Of a stretch of DNA of 64,000 nucleotides, positions 1-19,494 are shown piece after piece. The DNA is from the human T2T-CHM13v2.0 reference genome, Homo sapiens, in NCBI RefSeq assembly GCF_009914755.1, contig NC_060947.1. The stretch is one strand, 5' to 3'. Each line of letters starts with the position of its first letter. Position 1 is the stretch's first letter. The translations under genes and the position numbers were made by a program. The notes beneath the pieces were generated by a model. That model was not told where the DNA came from. It searched no databases and was given only the letters and a program-made list of their open reading frames with translations.

Positions 1-390
1 GAGATGAGGATCCAGTTTCATTCTCCTATATGTGGCTAGCCAATTATCCCAGCACTGTTTGTTGAATAGGATGCCCTTTCCCCATTTTATGTTTTGATTT
101 GTTTTGTCAAAGATCAGTTGACTGTAAGTATTTGGGTTTATTTCTGGGTTCTCTGTTCTGTTCTGTTGGTGTACATGCCTATTGTTATAACAGTACCATG
201 CTGTTTTAGTGGCTATGGCCTTATAGTATAGTTTGAAATCAGGTAGTGTGATGCCTCCAGATTTGTTCTTTTTGCTTAGTCTTGCTGTGGCTATGTGGGC
301 TCTTATTTTTGGTTCCATATGAATTTTGGGATTGTTTTTTCTAGTTCTGTGAAGAATGATTGTGGTGTTTTGATGGGAATTGCATTGCAA
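1..390 (-). mobile_element. L1 (L1PB/old L1PA-like) ORF2 fragment, cut by window edge
   Basis: GATCCAGTTTCATTCT...GTACCATGCTGTTTT...GTGATGCCTCCAG...TTCTGTGAAGAATG is antisense L1 ORF2 3' region. Confidence 0.9.
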
Positions 391-754
391 TTCATAATAA
401 GTACAAGGTCATTGCTTTTGAAAGAAAAAGCCCAATTAGTGACTTATAGATGCTTTCCTCCTGAAATAAGACAGCTCAGATGGTTGATGGCAAGAGAAAG
501 TTGCTTCTGGCCTGTGTTTGGTAAACACTAGTTCTGATGGGATTACTTCTTATTCCAAGGGAAACAAAATAGAGACTTATGAAAAACCGTTGAAGAAAAG
601 AAAAGAAATAATGACTCAGAGGAATATTATGCTACTGAATATTATCTACTACAGGATCCAAAGAAAGTTTTAGAGAATTATTTGGCAACTTTCATAAATG
701 ACAGGACAATATGTCCCCTGTGAAACACAAGAGAAGAAAATGCAATGAAACATT

Positions 755-773
755 TATATATGTGTGTGTATGA

Positions 774-813
<40 letters not shown>

Positions 814-817
814 GTAT
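755..817. repeat. compound (TG)n(TA)n microsatellite
   Basis: Directly visible. Confidence 0.95.
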
Positions 818-819
818 AT

Positions 820-1240
820 CAGCAAAAATCAATTTGGAAGTTAATGAAAAATATAGTTGGTTTGCAACAATAATAAACCTATAAAATGCTTACAAATACA
901 CAAGAAATGTGTAGGATATATATGAGGTGAACTACAAAACTTTATGGAAGAAAACAAAAGACATTCTGCAAAATTAGTGATATGCATCGTGCTCCTGGAT
1001 GGAAAGATTCAGTATTGTAAATCTGTTTAATCCCTTTCACATTAATCTGTAAGTTTAAAGAAGTGGAACTTTTTGAAGTTTATTAGGCAGAATAAATGCC
1101 CAACATTTATATATAATTTTTAAAGTGATGTAACAGAGTTTAAGGAATTCAACTAGACATTAAAAATTTATTTTAATAGACAAATTTAAACAGTGTGACA
1201 CTGCTGCAAGTTGAAGAGACATATCAACAGTAGTGAAAGT
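820..1240 (+). mobile_element. old L1M ORF2 fragment
   Basis: AACTACAAAACTTTATGGAAGAAA...TGCTCCTGGATGGAAAGATTCAGTATTGTAAA resembles degenerate L1 ORF2. Confidence 0.7.
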
Positions 1241-1400
1241 AATATATATTTTTGCCTTTATATTTTTTAAAGTTTATAAAATTAGCATGCATTATTTCTG
1301 TGTAAGTAACAAAAAATGAACATTATTAGTTTTAAATAATTGTTCATTCTCTCTCATCAAGAAATTCTTTCTCTGGGCTCTATTCCATTACTACGGGGAG

Positions 1401-1402
<2 letters not shown>

Positions 1403-1442
<40 letters not shown>

Positions 1443-1449
1443 GGATGGA

Positions 1450-1486
<37 letters not shown>
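1403..1486. repeat. (AC)19 and (GT)16 microsatellites in inverted arrangement
   Basis: Directly visible, 14-nt spacer. Confidence 0.95.
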
Positions 1487-1489
<3 letters not shown>

Positions 1490-1559
1490 GAGATATATAT
1501 ATTCCCGTATAATTCATGATTAGTCCTCCTTCATACCCGTTTTCCTGGTATCATTATTA

Positions 1560-1883
<324 letters not shown>

Positions 1884-2124
1884 CTATGCTTCCCAGCTTG
1901 CACAACGAAGTATATGGTTGATCACTCTATTTATAAAAGCACCATCATCCATACTTCACATTTAGGCATCAGTATATTTTAAGGATGATATTTCTTCAAT
2001 ATGGCTCCCTATTAGACAAACAATTAGCATATAAAGACCGCATTAACATTCAAATTAAGATTTATCTGCTACAAAATATATGATATACCACTTCTGCAAA
2101 CAATTATAAAGCTATTTCTTTATT

Positions 2125-2355
2125 ATTTTCTTTAATTTTTGTGGGTACCTTGCAGGCATATACATTTATGAGGTACATGAGTTGTTTTGATACAGACATG
2201 AAATGTGAAATAATCACATCTTGGTGAATGGGGTTTCCATCCCCTCAAGCATTTATCCTTTGAGTTACAAACAACGCAATTATACTCTTTTAGTTATTTT
2301 CAAATATACAATTAAGTTATTATTGGCTACAGTCACCCTGTTGTGCTATGAAATA
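2125..2355 (-). mobile_element. L1MA/L1PB-type 3' end
   Basis: ATAATCACATC...CATCCCCTCAAGCATTTATCCTTTG...TATACTCTTTTAGTTATTTT. Confidence 0.85.
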
Positions 2356-3665
2356 CCTTTTAAACGCTGACAGGAGTAAAATTTCAATAGAAGACTGTGA
2401 TACCGTGATAGTGTTTAAGAGGAGGACAAGTATAAGAGAAACATTTTAGATTTTCAAAGCTATAGTGGAGGATAACTGAATCCAGGATAAAACAAGGTCT
2501 AACTTATATAAAAGTCAATGCAATCTCATGATTACAGATGCTTTTCTGAGGCCTTATGGGCCATGTTATGCTGCCTCATAGTTCCCTAAGGTGAACAGAA
2601 GTGATAAAGATCTCTTTGCAAGTTAGTAATTGTTCCCATTCCAGGGTGGTAACCACAAATAAATCTATTTTTCAATTGTATCCAATTATTTTCACCTTCA
2701 CAGTAACCTTGATGCACTGCTGCCTCTGTTATATCTTAAATGCAGCCAACTATTATTTTAGCTGATTTCAGCTTTCACTGACACTTCAAAAGCTTGTGTG
2801 CCATTGCTATCCTTGGGAGTTTTACTAATGGAAAAGGTGATTAGGAAGAATAAAAGCATAATGATAAAATTACTCTTTCTCCCAAATCTCTTTCTTTAGT
2901 GTCCCTTTGCTACCCAACATTGGTTACCCTCATGCTAATTTAAAAACAACAAAAAGAAGGCTCTTATATAAAACTAAATTACAGAACATCTTTCAAAATC
3001 AGTACCTGTGATGAGTCAGACATCAGGTTAATAAAACTCATTTTTCCTAAGGGCTTTATAAAATTGAGGGTTATTATTTTCTTCCATCATTTTCATTTAC
3101 CTGGCTAGAAACAACTCAAAATGCTCAAGGTCAGTAGCTAGTGGACTGCACTGTGCGAATGACTATGAAGTAATTATGACAGCACCCTAGAGTATCCTAT
3201 TATTTAACAAACAAAAGTAGAACATGCAACACTCCACATAAATACTGGTCCCTCTTCACTAAAGGGCTTTAGTTTGAGTCCCATTGCTTCCTGTCAGTTC
3301 AGGATTATGGTCTGTGAAATAGAAAATCAGTTACTGAATTTGAATGTGCTAGCTACCTGCTGCTCTTGCCTGAGTGTTGGTTGCTACAGGAAGAAGGAAA
3401 GTGTGTTTGGTAATTCCTTTGTGTTTCTCCTTGAAGTTTTTCCATAGACTCTGGGGAGAGGAATACATATCAATACAGATTCTATTCAAACATATCTATC
3501 TTTACAAGTGACTTTTTGTGTACTACTTTAATTAAGTTAATCATACAGGTATATTTAAAGAATATAACAATAGCTTGCCATTCTACGGTTACTCTTTATC
3601 GCCTTATAAATTTAGCACAACCCCCCCACCAGCCTGATATTTAATAAACGTTCACATAAAAAATC

Positions 3666-3977
<312 letters not shown>

Positions 3978-4389
3978 CTATATACTCCCAGTTTATTACA
4001 ACTGTCCATTCAAACCGAACACTTCATCCAAATAAAGCTATCTGGAGGATTTCTGTAATGACACACTAAGACCCTACCAGATGGAAGTCACTTGCAGAAA
4101 ATAATTATAAAATGTAAACCTAATATAAAAACCAAATACTTGCAGGTACTGGATTGTCAATGGAAGCAAAAGACTCTGGTAGGAGCGCATACTCAGAAGA
4201 GGGCAGGTAGGTAGTTCCATGAAGAAGTTTCTGCATTGGTGGATTGTATCCTAGGATCAATTGCAGTTGATTGTGTGGTACATAAATTGGTGGGAATATA
4301 AAGAATATAATTAATGATAAGTGCCATAGTCCATGCAAATCACTATTATTTTGGCTTCCTTTCCTCTTTGTTTGTTAGCAATATGTGTG

Positions 4390-4720
4390 ACTATTTAAAG
4401 GTAAATGTATAATATTGCTTTGTAGTGTTATAATGTAAGTACATTTAATAGATATAACAACAACTGTAGAATAATAGAAGAAATGGGGCATATGATCCTA
4501 GACTGTTGCAAGGTTTGTACATTTTATGTGAAGTAATGTGGTATTAACTGAAAATTAACTATAAAAAGTAAAGGATGTATATAAGAATCTCTACAGGAGA
4601 ATTTTCAGAACTGCAAAGTATAGCTAAAATCTCAATAAGAAAAATAAAATACAATTCTGAAAATAAAATAAAAAATCTTATTAAAAGGCAGGAAAAAAGT
4701 AACAGGGACGTAAAACAAAA

Positions 4721-4755
<35 letters not shown>

Positions 4756-4788
4756 AAGCCAATAGTTAAAAGGTAAACTGAAACCTAC

Positions 4789-4789
<1 letters not shown>
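4390..4789 (+). mobile_element. old L1M fragment containing a (TAAA)n tract (~4721-4757)
   Basis: A-rich L1M-like sequence upstream of the EN-domain fragment at 5.4 kb. Confidence 0.55.
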
Positions 4790-5442
<653 letters not shown>

Positions 5443-6590
5443 TAGAAATTCTGAATAACACTATCAACCACAACAGCTTAATTGATATTTACAGAACACT
5501 GCACCTAACAATGGTAGAACAGCACATTCTTTTCAGTGGCATATGTTATATTAAGATCATATGTTCAGTGATAAAACAAGTCTAAATAATTTTAGAAAGA
5601 TTTAAATAACACAGTCTTTTCTCTTACCACAAATAAATCACACTAGAAATCAATAATATAACTAGACAAACACTAAATACTGGTTAAATTAATAATGAGC
5701 AAAAGCAATACAAGAGACAAGAAATACCAAGGTGATTTAGGCACTATTTTGAAAGGAATAACAAAAAAAATTGTTGGTATATATCTAAAGCAATACTTTA
5801 CAGGGAAATTATGGATTTGAATTATTATGTTAAGAATAGGAAAGATCTAATATAAGTGATATGAATTTGCATCACAAAAGAATAAGCAAAAAATGAGTAA
5901 ATCAAAGCCAAAGGAAAAAGTAGAAGGAGATAATAGAGGTAATAAAATAAATGAAGTATTAATTGGAAAAATAATAGAGAAAAAAATCGATGTCACTGTA
6001 GTCTGGTTCTTTGAAAATAATAATTTTGGTAAGTCTCTTACTAGATTGAAAAAGATAAAAAAAAGAAAATGTAAATTACCATTATCAGGTCCAAAAGAGT
6101 GTCCTATATTATTAAAAAGCTAACAAAAAATGCTGTGAATAATTTTATGCCAATGAAATTGAAAAATTAGATGAAATTGACAAATTTCTTAGAAAGCACT
6201 AATTATTAAAAATGACGCTAGACAGGCTGGGCGCAGTGGCTCACGCCTGTAATCCCAGCACTTTGGTAGGCCGAGGTGGGTGGATCACGAGGTCAGGAGT
6301 TCAAGACTAGCCTGGCCAAGATGGTGAAACCCCATCTCTACTAAAAATATAAAAATTAGCCGTGGTGACACGCGCCTGTAATCTCAGCTACTCAGGAGGC
6401 TAAGGCAGGAGAATGGCTTGAACCCAGGAGGTGGAGGTTGCAGTGAGTCTAGATCGCACCACTGCACTCCAGCCTGGGCGACAGAGTGAGACTCCATCTC
6501 AAAAAAAAAACAAAAAAGAAAACACCCTAGACAAAACAGTAAACTTGGTAAATCCTAAATCAATTAGAGAAATTAAACTCATATCTTTTA
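5443..6590 (+). mobile_element. old L1M ORF2 endonuclease-region fragment (Alu-interrupted)
   Basis: TTGATATTTACAGAACACTGCACC; ORF 5893-6123 contains WFFE...K-L-RL L1 motif. Confidence 0.8.
6225..6522 (+). mobile_element. AluSg-like
   Basis: Full Alu; TSD approx ACGCTAGACA/ACCCTAGACA. Confidence 0.95.
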
Positions 6591-6772
6591 ATGCTAAATA
6601 ACTTTATTAGAAAGTTAATTAGACAGAGAGAAATGAACAGTATTTTTACCAGTAAACAGAAGATACATATTGTATTACAATACTAGGGGGGATACATTAA
6701 TAGCAAGGTGTAGGGCCCAACAAAGTCATTAATTTCATGAGAGCAGAAATTCAACAAATTATATATATATAA

Positions 6773-9023
6773 ATTTTAAACTTTTATTTCCTTTCAGGGG
6801 GTACATGTGCAGATTTGTTATGTAGGTAAATTGCATGTCACTGGGGTTTGATTATTTCATCACACAGGTGATAAGCATAGTGCCAATAGGTAGTTTTTCG
6901 ATCCTCACCCTCCTTCCATCCTCTACCCTCAAGTAGGCCCCATTATGTGTTGTTCCCCTCTATGTGTCCGTGTGTACTCAATACTTAACTCTCACTTATA
7001 AGTGAACACATGCAGTATTTGGTCTTCTGTTCCTGTGTTCATTTGCTTTGGATAATGACCTCCAGCTCCATCCATGTTGCTGAGAAGGACAGAATCTTGT
7101 TCCTTCTTATGGCTGCATAGTATTCCATGATATGTACCATATTTTCTTTATCCAGTCTACCGTTGATGGGCATTTAGGTGGATTCCATGTCTATGCTTTT
7201 GTGACTATTACTACGATGAACATACACATGCATGTCTCTTTATGGTAGAATAATTTATATTCTTTGGGTATTTACCCAATGATGACATTTTTGGGTTGAA
7301 TGGTAGTTATCTAAAGTTCTTTGAGAAACTGCCAAATCACCATCCACAGTGGCTGAAGTAATTTACATTCTCACCAGTAGTGTATAAGCATAGCCCTTTC
7401 TTTGAAAACTCACAAGCATCTGTTGTTTTGAACTTTTTAATAATAACCATTCTGGCTGGAGTGAGATGGTTTTGATTCCCATTTATCCAATAATGAGTGA
7501 GGTTGAATATTTTTGTTATTTTTTTTCATTTGCTTGTTGGCTGCATGTATGTTTTCTTTTGAGAAGTGTCTGTTCATGTCTTTTGCCTACTTTTCAATGG
7601 GGTTGTTTTATTTTTTGCTTAAATATTTAAGTTCATTATAAATTCTGGAAATTAGACATTTGGCAGATGCAAAGGTTGCAAATAGTTTCTCCCATTCTGT
7701 AGGTTGTCTGTTTACTCGTTTGATAGTTTCTTTTGCTGTGCAGGAACTCTTTAGTTTAATTAGATTCCACTTGTCAATTTTTGCTTCTGTTGCAATTGCT
7801 TTTGGCATCTTTGTCATGAAATATTTTCCAAGGCTTATGTGTAGAATGGTATTTCGTAGATTTTCTAAAAGGGTTTTTATAGTTTTAGGTTTTACGTTTG
7901 TTAAGGCAAACTAAATATGTCCTGAAAAGGATTCTGAACTTCTATATTTGAGTCCTTGTGGATGAACTTTAACCTTGTGGACAGTCAGACAAAATAGAAA
8001 ACCTAACTTAATAGTATACACCTGTATCAATAGCTGAGTGTTGGCCAATCCCAGAGGCCATACTTCAACTACTTATAGGCTGCTGAATGTTCAAACTGCG
8101 TTCAAATAAGGCAAAGGCCAAGCTGTAACCAATTTTGCTGTTTCTGTACCACATTTCTGATTCCTGTACGTCACTTTACCTTTTCTGTCTATGTATTTGT
8201 TCTGACCACAAGGCACTCCTGGAGTCTCTGTGAAACTACTGTGATTTTGGTGGCTGCACGATTCGCGAATCCATCACTGCTCAATTAAATTCTTTTAAAT
8301 TTAATTTCGCTGAAGTTTTTATTTTAACACATTTAAACCTTTCTTTAAACCTTTCATCCATGTTCAGTTGATTTTTGTATATGGCCTAAGAAAGGGATCC
8401 AGTTTCAATCTTCTGCATATGGCTAGGCAGCTCCCCTAACATCATTTATTGAATAGAGAGTCTTTTCCCCATTGCTTGTTTTTGTCAGCTTTGTCAAAGA
8501 TCAGATGATCGTAGGTATGCGGCCTTATTTCTATGCTGTCTATTCTGTTCTATATGTCTATGTGTCTGATTTTGTCCCAGTACCATGCTGTTTTGTTTAC
8601 TGTATCCTGGTAATATAGTTTGCAGTCAGGTAATGTGATGCCACTAGCTTTGTTCTTTTTGTTTAGGATTGCTTTGAATATTTGGGTTCTTTTTTGTTCC
8701 ATATAAAATTTTGAATAGCTTTTCCTAATTCTGTGAAGAATGTCATTGGTAGTTAGACAGGAATAACATTGAATCTTTAAACTGCTTTGTGCAGTGTGGT
8801 GGCCATTTCCTTTACCTGAACATGGAATGTTTTTCCATTTGTTTGTGTTATCCATGATTTATTTTAGCAGTGTTTTATATTTCTCATAGAGATCTTCCAC
8901 TTCCCTGGTTACCTGTATTCCTAGGTATTACATTCCTTTTGTGATTATTGTGAATGGAATTGCATTATTGATTGGCACTAAGCTTGGACATTGCTGATAT
9001 ATAGAAATAGTATTGGTTTTTGT
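6773..9023 (-). mobile_element. L1PA13-16-type 3' portion, interrupted by MER57
   Basis: 3'UTR GGGGGTACATGTGCAGATTTGTT...; ORF 7608-7817 ([19 protein letters not shown]) is L1 ORF2. Confidence 0.92.
7899..8329 (+). mobile_element. MER57-family ERV1 solo LTR
   Basis: TG...CA termini; TGTTAAGGCAAACTAAATATG start; 4-bp TSD CGTT/CATT. Confidence 0.85.
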
Positions 9024-9542
9024 TCCAAGATGGCGAATAGGAACAGCTCCAGTCTACAGCTCCCAGTGTGAGCGACGCGGAAGACGGGTGATTTCTGCAT
9101 TTCCAGCTGAGCTTTGAAGAGAGCAGTGGTTCTCCCAGCATGGAGTTTGAGATCTGAGAACAGACAGACTGCCTCCTCAAGTGGGTCCCTGACCCCCGAG
9201 TAGCCTAACCGGGAGACACCTCCCAGTAGGAGCCAACTGACACCTTATACAGCCGGGTGCCCCTCTGAGGTGAAGCTTCCAGAGGAAGGATCGGGCAGCA
9301 ACATTTGCTGTTCTGCAATATTTGTTGTTCTGCAGCCTCCGCCAGTGATACCCAGGCAAACAGGGTCTGGAGTGGACCACCAGCAAACTCCCAACAGACC
9401 TGCAGCTGAGGGTCCTGACTGTTAGAAGGAAAACTAACAAATGGAAAGGAATAGCATCAACATCAACAAAAAGGACATCCACACCAAAACCCCATCTGTA
9501 GGTCACCATCATCAAAGACCAAAGTTAGATAAAACCACAAAG

Positions 9543-10577
9543 ATGGGGAGAAACCGAGCAGAAAAGCTGAAAATTCTAAAAACCAGAGCACTTCTTCTCC
9601 TCCAAAGGATCGCAACTCCTCACTAGTAATGGAACAAAGCTGGATGGAGAATGACTTTGAAGAGTTGACAGAAGTAGGCTTCAGAAGATCAGTAATAACA
9701 AACTTCTCCGAGCTAAAGGAGGATATTCGAACCCATCGCAGGGAAGCTAAAAACCTTGAAAATAGATTAGAAGAATTGCTAACTAGAATAAACAGCATAG
9801 AGAAGACCTTAAATGACCTGATGGAGCTGAAAACCATGGCACGAGAACTACGTGACGCACGCACAAGCTTCAGTAGCTGATTCAATCAACTGGAAGAAAG
9901 GATATCAATGATTGAAGATCAAATGAATGAAATGAAGTCAGAAGAGAAGTTTAGAGAAAAAAAGAGTAAAAAGAAACGAACAAAGCCTCCAAGAAATATG
10001 GGACTATGTGAAAAGACCAAATCTGCATTTGATTGTTGTACCTGAAAGTGACAGGGAGAATGGAACCAAGTTGGAAAACACTCTTCAGGATATTATCCAG
10101 GAGAACTTCCCCAACCTAGCAAGGCAGGCCAAAAATCAAATTCAGTAAATACAGAGAACACCACAAAGATACTCCTCGAGAAGAGCAACCCCAAGATACA
10201 TAATTGTGAGATTCACCGAGGTTGAAATGAAGGAAAAAATGTTAAGGGCAGCAAGAGAGAAAGGTGAGGTTACCCACAAAGGGAAGCCCATCAGACTAAC
10301 AGCATGAACAGTGGATCTCTTGGCAGAAACTCTACAAGCCAGAAGAGAGTGGGGGCTAATAGTCAACATCCTTAAAGAAAAGAATTTTCAATCCACAATT
10401 TCATATCCAGCCAAACTAAGCTTCATAGGTGAAGGAGAAATGAAATCCTTTGCAGACAAGCAAATGCTGAGAGATTGTGTTACCACCAGGCCTGCCTTAC
10501 AAGAGCTCCTGAAGGAAGCACTAAACATGGAAAGGAACAACCGGTACCAGCCACTGCAAAAACATGCCAAATTGTAA
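9543..10577 (+). pseudogene. disrupted L1 ORF1p
   Basis: ATGGGGAGAAAC start; fragments MEQSWMENDFEEL and YPAKLSF...ERNNRYQPLQKHAKL; frameshifts and stops. Confidence 0.95.
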
Positions 10578-10640
10578 AGACCATCGATGCTAGGAAGAAA
10601 CTGCATCAACTAACGAGCAAAATAACCAGCTAACATCATA

Positions 10641-14470
<3,830 letters not shown>

Positions 14471-14698
14471 ACAATGAGAACACTTGGACACAGGAAGGGG
14501 AACATCACACACTGGGGCCTGTTGTGCGGTGGGGGCAGTGGGGAGGGATAGCATTAGGAGAAATACCTAATGTAAATGAGGAGTTAATGGGTACAGCACA
14601 CCAACATGGCACATGGATACATATGTAACAAACCTGCACATTGTGCACATGTACCCTAGAACTTAAAGTATAGTTTAAAAAATAAATAAATAAATAAA

Positions 14699-15802
<1,104 letters not shown>

Positions 15803-15829
15803 TGCAGTGTACAAAATTAATAAAAATCA

Positions 15830-16010
15830 GATGGGGAAATGGGGTATGACTGATTAATGGGTATACGGTTTCCTTTTAGGGTGATGAATGTATTCTAGAA
15901 CTAGACAGTGGTGATGGTTGCGCAATATTGTGATATACTAAATATCACTAAATTTCACATTTTAAGTTGGTTAAAAAGGTAAATTTTATGTTATGTGCAT
16001 GCTACCAGGG
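15830..16010 (+). mobile_element. L1MB-type 3' end
   Basis: GGGTGATGAATGTATTCTAGAACTAGACAGTGGTGATGGTTGC...AATTTTATGTTATGTG. Confidence 0.85.
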
Positions 16011-16049
16011 TAAATAAAACCTATTCCTTCTGATCTTTATTGATAGATT

Positions 16050-16235
16050 TAAATACCAACTTGGAAACTTGTTAGCTGCATGATCTTAGGCAAGTTACTA
16101 GCCACTCTATGTCTCACTGTCCAAGACCACAAAATGGAGATAATACCAACCATGTAGGAATTTTCTAATGATTCCAAATAGTATATACGGATACAGTACT
16201 GACCTGAGCATTAACAGATACTCAGTACGTGGCAG
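16050..16235 (+). mobile_element. MIR
   Basis: AGCTGCATGATCTTAGGCAAGTTAC...AAAATGGAGATAATA core. Confidence 0.7.
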
Positions 16236-16779
16236 TGCTGGTCGGGTATTGGTAATACTGATGGTTGTAATGGCATTTTATGACGTAATGTAATGGCATG
16301 GTACATCATGGTCTTTACTGGCAATTCTAAAGCCTAAAATCTAGCTTGGTCAACTAAAACAAAAACTAATTAAGCAGCATAATACCTTTCTCGATTTCCT
16401 GTGCAGAAAGTTTTACTTTTCTCAGTTTAACATGAGAGAAAGTTAAAATTCTGTGTATTCCCAAAAGACTACATGAAAATGTGATTATACATACATTATA
16501 CGGTTTGTTATAGCTGTCTGCTTTTTTAATTGAGAGAAATGTACTTCACAAACAGCAAAATCAGTGAATAAATTGGATATATGCCTTATAGGACTTTTAC
16601 AAGTTACAACTTTCAAGCTCTGAAAAATTATAAAATCAGACATCATGATCCATGATGGTCATGATCATTCCATGTGAGGCTGCTCACAATTAACTCTGGA
16701 GCTTTTTTAAAAAAATCTGAAGGCTTCACATGGACATCATTCGAGTATACGTTTTTAGGTGTTTCAGTTTCTTGGAAGC

Positions 16780-17060
16780 ATTGTTGAAATATTTGAGTGC
16801 CAACAATATGCCAGGCACTACAATATGCTACATATTGAAGATGTATCACTGGTCAAAAATAAACGTAATTCCCTATCCAAATGGAATGTACAATCCACTA
16901 CACAAGACAGACATTAATAAAATTGCATCCAAACGTGTATTACTACAGCACTGGTAGGTAATATGAAGAGGCAGTACTTCTTCTAGACAGGATTTTTACT
17001 AATAAGGGAAGTCTAAAGGGCTCTCTTGGTAAAACAATTACTAAGATCAGTACTCAAAGA
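16780..17060 (-). mobile_element. L2 fragment
   Basis: ATTTGAGTGCCAACAATATGCCAGGCACT. Confidence 0.65.
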
Positions 17061-17149
17061 AGAGTAACCAATTCCAATAAGAGTACAGAATAATTGAAAC
17101 TAAAGCTTAAGTTGTAACATTAGATTATATAGGTAATCCTATGTCTTTG

Positions 17150-17455
17150 AGAGTAGTAGAGACAAAACTAGAAATGAGAACCAAATGGAACTTCCAGAAG
17201 TGAAAGTGCAATATATGTAATAAAAGATACACTGGATGGCATTAATAATTGATTGGAAACTACAGAAAAAAAAGATCAGTAAATTAGAAGGGATAGAAAT
17301 AGAAACTATCGAAACCAAAACACAGAGAGGGGAACAAAAAGACTGAAAAAATGAAATCATAATGAGTTGGGGGCATTTTCAAGTCTTATAATACATGTAT
17401 CGTTGGAGTCCAAGGGAAAAAGAAGAGATGGGAATACACACAAAAAAATATGTAA
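17150..17455 (+). mobile_element. old L1M ORF1 fragment
   Basis: AACCAAATGGAACTTCCAGAAGTGAAA...CACTGGATGGCATTAATA...GATCAGTAAATTAGAAG. Confidence 0.75.
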
Positions 17456-19494
17456 AGCAGGTGAAGAAACTTGGTTACATAATTTTACTCTCTGCTTCCT
17501 GCTAAAAATGTTGCAGTTTTGAAGTAATAAAACTGGTTTACTTGTGCAGAGAATGACTTGAAATGAATTTTCAAAGAGCAGCTAAAGATACCGTTTGAAT
17601 GTTGTATATATCACTAGAAAGTGAGTTGACTGCCGAAAGACCTAGTTTGATGTGGATAACATGCTTTTAACTATATAAGATCACATTTATTTGTTTAAAT
17701 ATCAGGAATATTGCTTATCTGTGAGGAAAGGAAGGCCTGGTTGAAGACGGGAGCTTTAAGGGGGTTCGTATTTACGGAATACCTATGTTTTACAAAAAGT
17801 ATCAAATTTAACCATCAGAACATCTCCATAAGTTAAGTCAGACCATTTTTATATTATAAATGGGGAACTGTGATCAAAGATTTAGCCCAAACGACTTAGA
17901 GTAAGTAGCAGTGTTGAGATTCAAATCCATGTGTATCTGGCTAACATATAAAAATAATGAGAAATTTACTGACCTAAAATTATGCCGCCCATCAAGTCTA
18001 TGTAATTGAGTATTTTTTCTTGTTACTCTTCACTTTGAGGGTATATCTCCAGGTTATGCCAACTGAAGCATTGTAAATCTGAAATTAATACTTCATCAGT
18101 CATTTTTTAACAAAAGGAAGGAACCCAAGAATATATTTTGCCTAATACTACATCTAGAATCTCTTTTATGTAGCCTTTTTTCTTAAATAAAGTCTCTCTT
18201 TTCAACCTCTACCAACAGGAAAAGGCTAAGGATGGAACAAAAGAAGAGTCTTTCATAAAAACTTAATGGAAAAATAGCATACAGAACCGAGTGGCATTAA
18301 TTCTTTTAAATATTTAACCGAGGAGACCTTTTCTCCTGACTTCTAAGAAAACAGTATAAGCAGTCTACTAGACATAATCTCAGCATGCTTTATAAATGAA
18401 ACTGGCTCCTCAATTATTTTTTTCATTCGAGAAAATGAAGATAATGTTATTTGCTGCCATTTCAAATTTTAGATCAGTAGTCGAAATTAGCAGCATGTCT
18501 CTCATGAATTTTATCCGCTAGTCATTATTATTTTTTCATGTAACCTATTTTTTTCCAACATCACCTTTGTTCATGGTTGTTTAATTTCATTATTATATAT
18601 TCAAAATTCATGTTGTCCTAAACATTTTCATTTTTCAAATTAATTCAAATTTAGACTAGATTTATAAACAAATTTACTTTCCGATTCCAATTTGTTTCAG
18701 AATTTATTTAGTCAACAAGATATTTTATTGTAATCTACCAACAGTAATAGGCATATGAATTGACTAATTAAAATAACAATTTGGGAGCCACTGAAGGAAA
18801 CTCAGCTCCATATGAACATCATAGCAGAAGTCACTTGGGCTACCAGTGCAAATGTACCTTGCATTTCCAAACAGAAGAAAAGACTGTTAAATAATCACTG
18901 TTTATAATAGTAATGCCATAACAAGGTACAGACCCATCCTGAGAATAGGAGCAGGCCAGGGTGAAGGCTGTGATTTCAGAGTAGCCCCAACCCCATCCAC
19001 AAACACCTCCATTAACCAATTATGTAGTCCTGAAATTCTGCTTTTGGAGGATGTCTTTAATTTAAGGCTTTGGAGCCTATTAAAACATTAACTCTGAGTG
19101 AAGTCATACTCTAAGCTTAATGTGCTGATGGTGTTCATCATATCCTATCCTGAGAGCAGGACTAGAGAAAGAGAAGTGGAAAAACTGTGAGTACAGTGAG
19201 ATCCAGGCAAAAAGTAAGTGGAAGGCCAGAGACTCCAGAAACAAGCCTAATTTTCACTTAGAAAACAAACTAAAACAAAACCCTTTTAGAAAGTAAGCTA
19301 AGGCTTCGTAAGTAGCAACATATGGAAGACAGGTCAGATTTAAAAGTCACAAAGGGAAGGTTGGTGGTTCAAAGACACTTTTGGCAAATAAGGATCAGTT
19401 ATTTTTATAAAATACATTAAGAAACCTTCAATCTTTGAACATTTGCTGGGCCCTGTCAATAGGCCAGATACCGTGCAAGGTACTGGGCATATAC

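Noticed and set aside
7954-7982. CCTTGTGGA repeated twice in MER57
   Set aside because: Small local slippage or copy event, no functional implication
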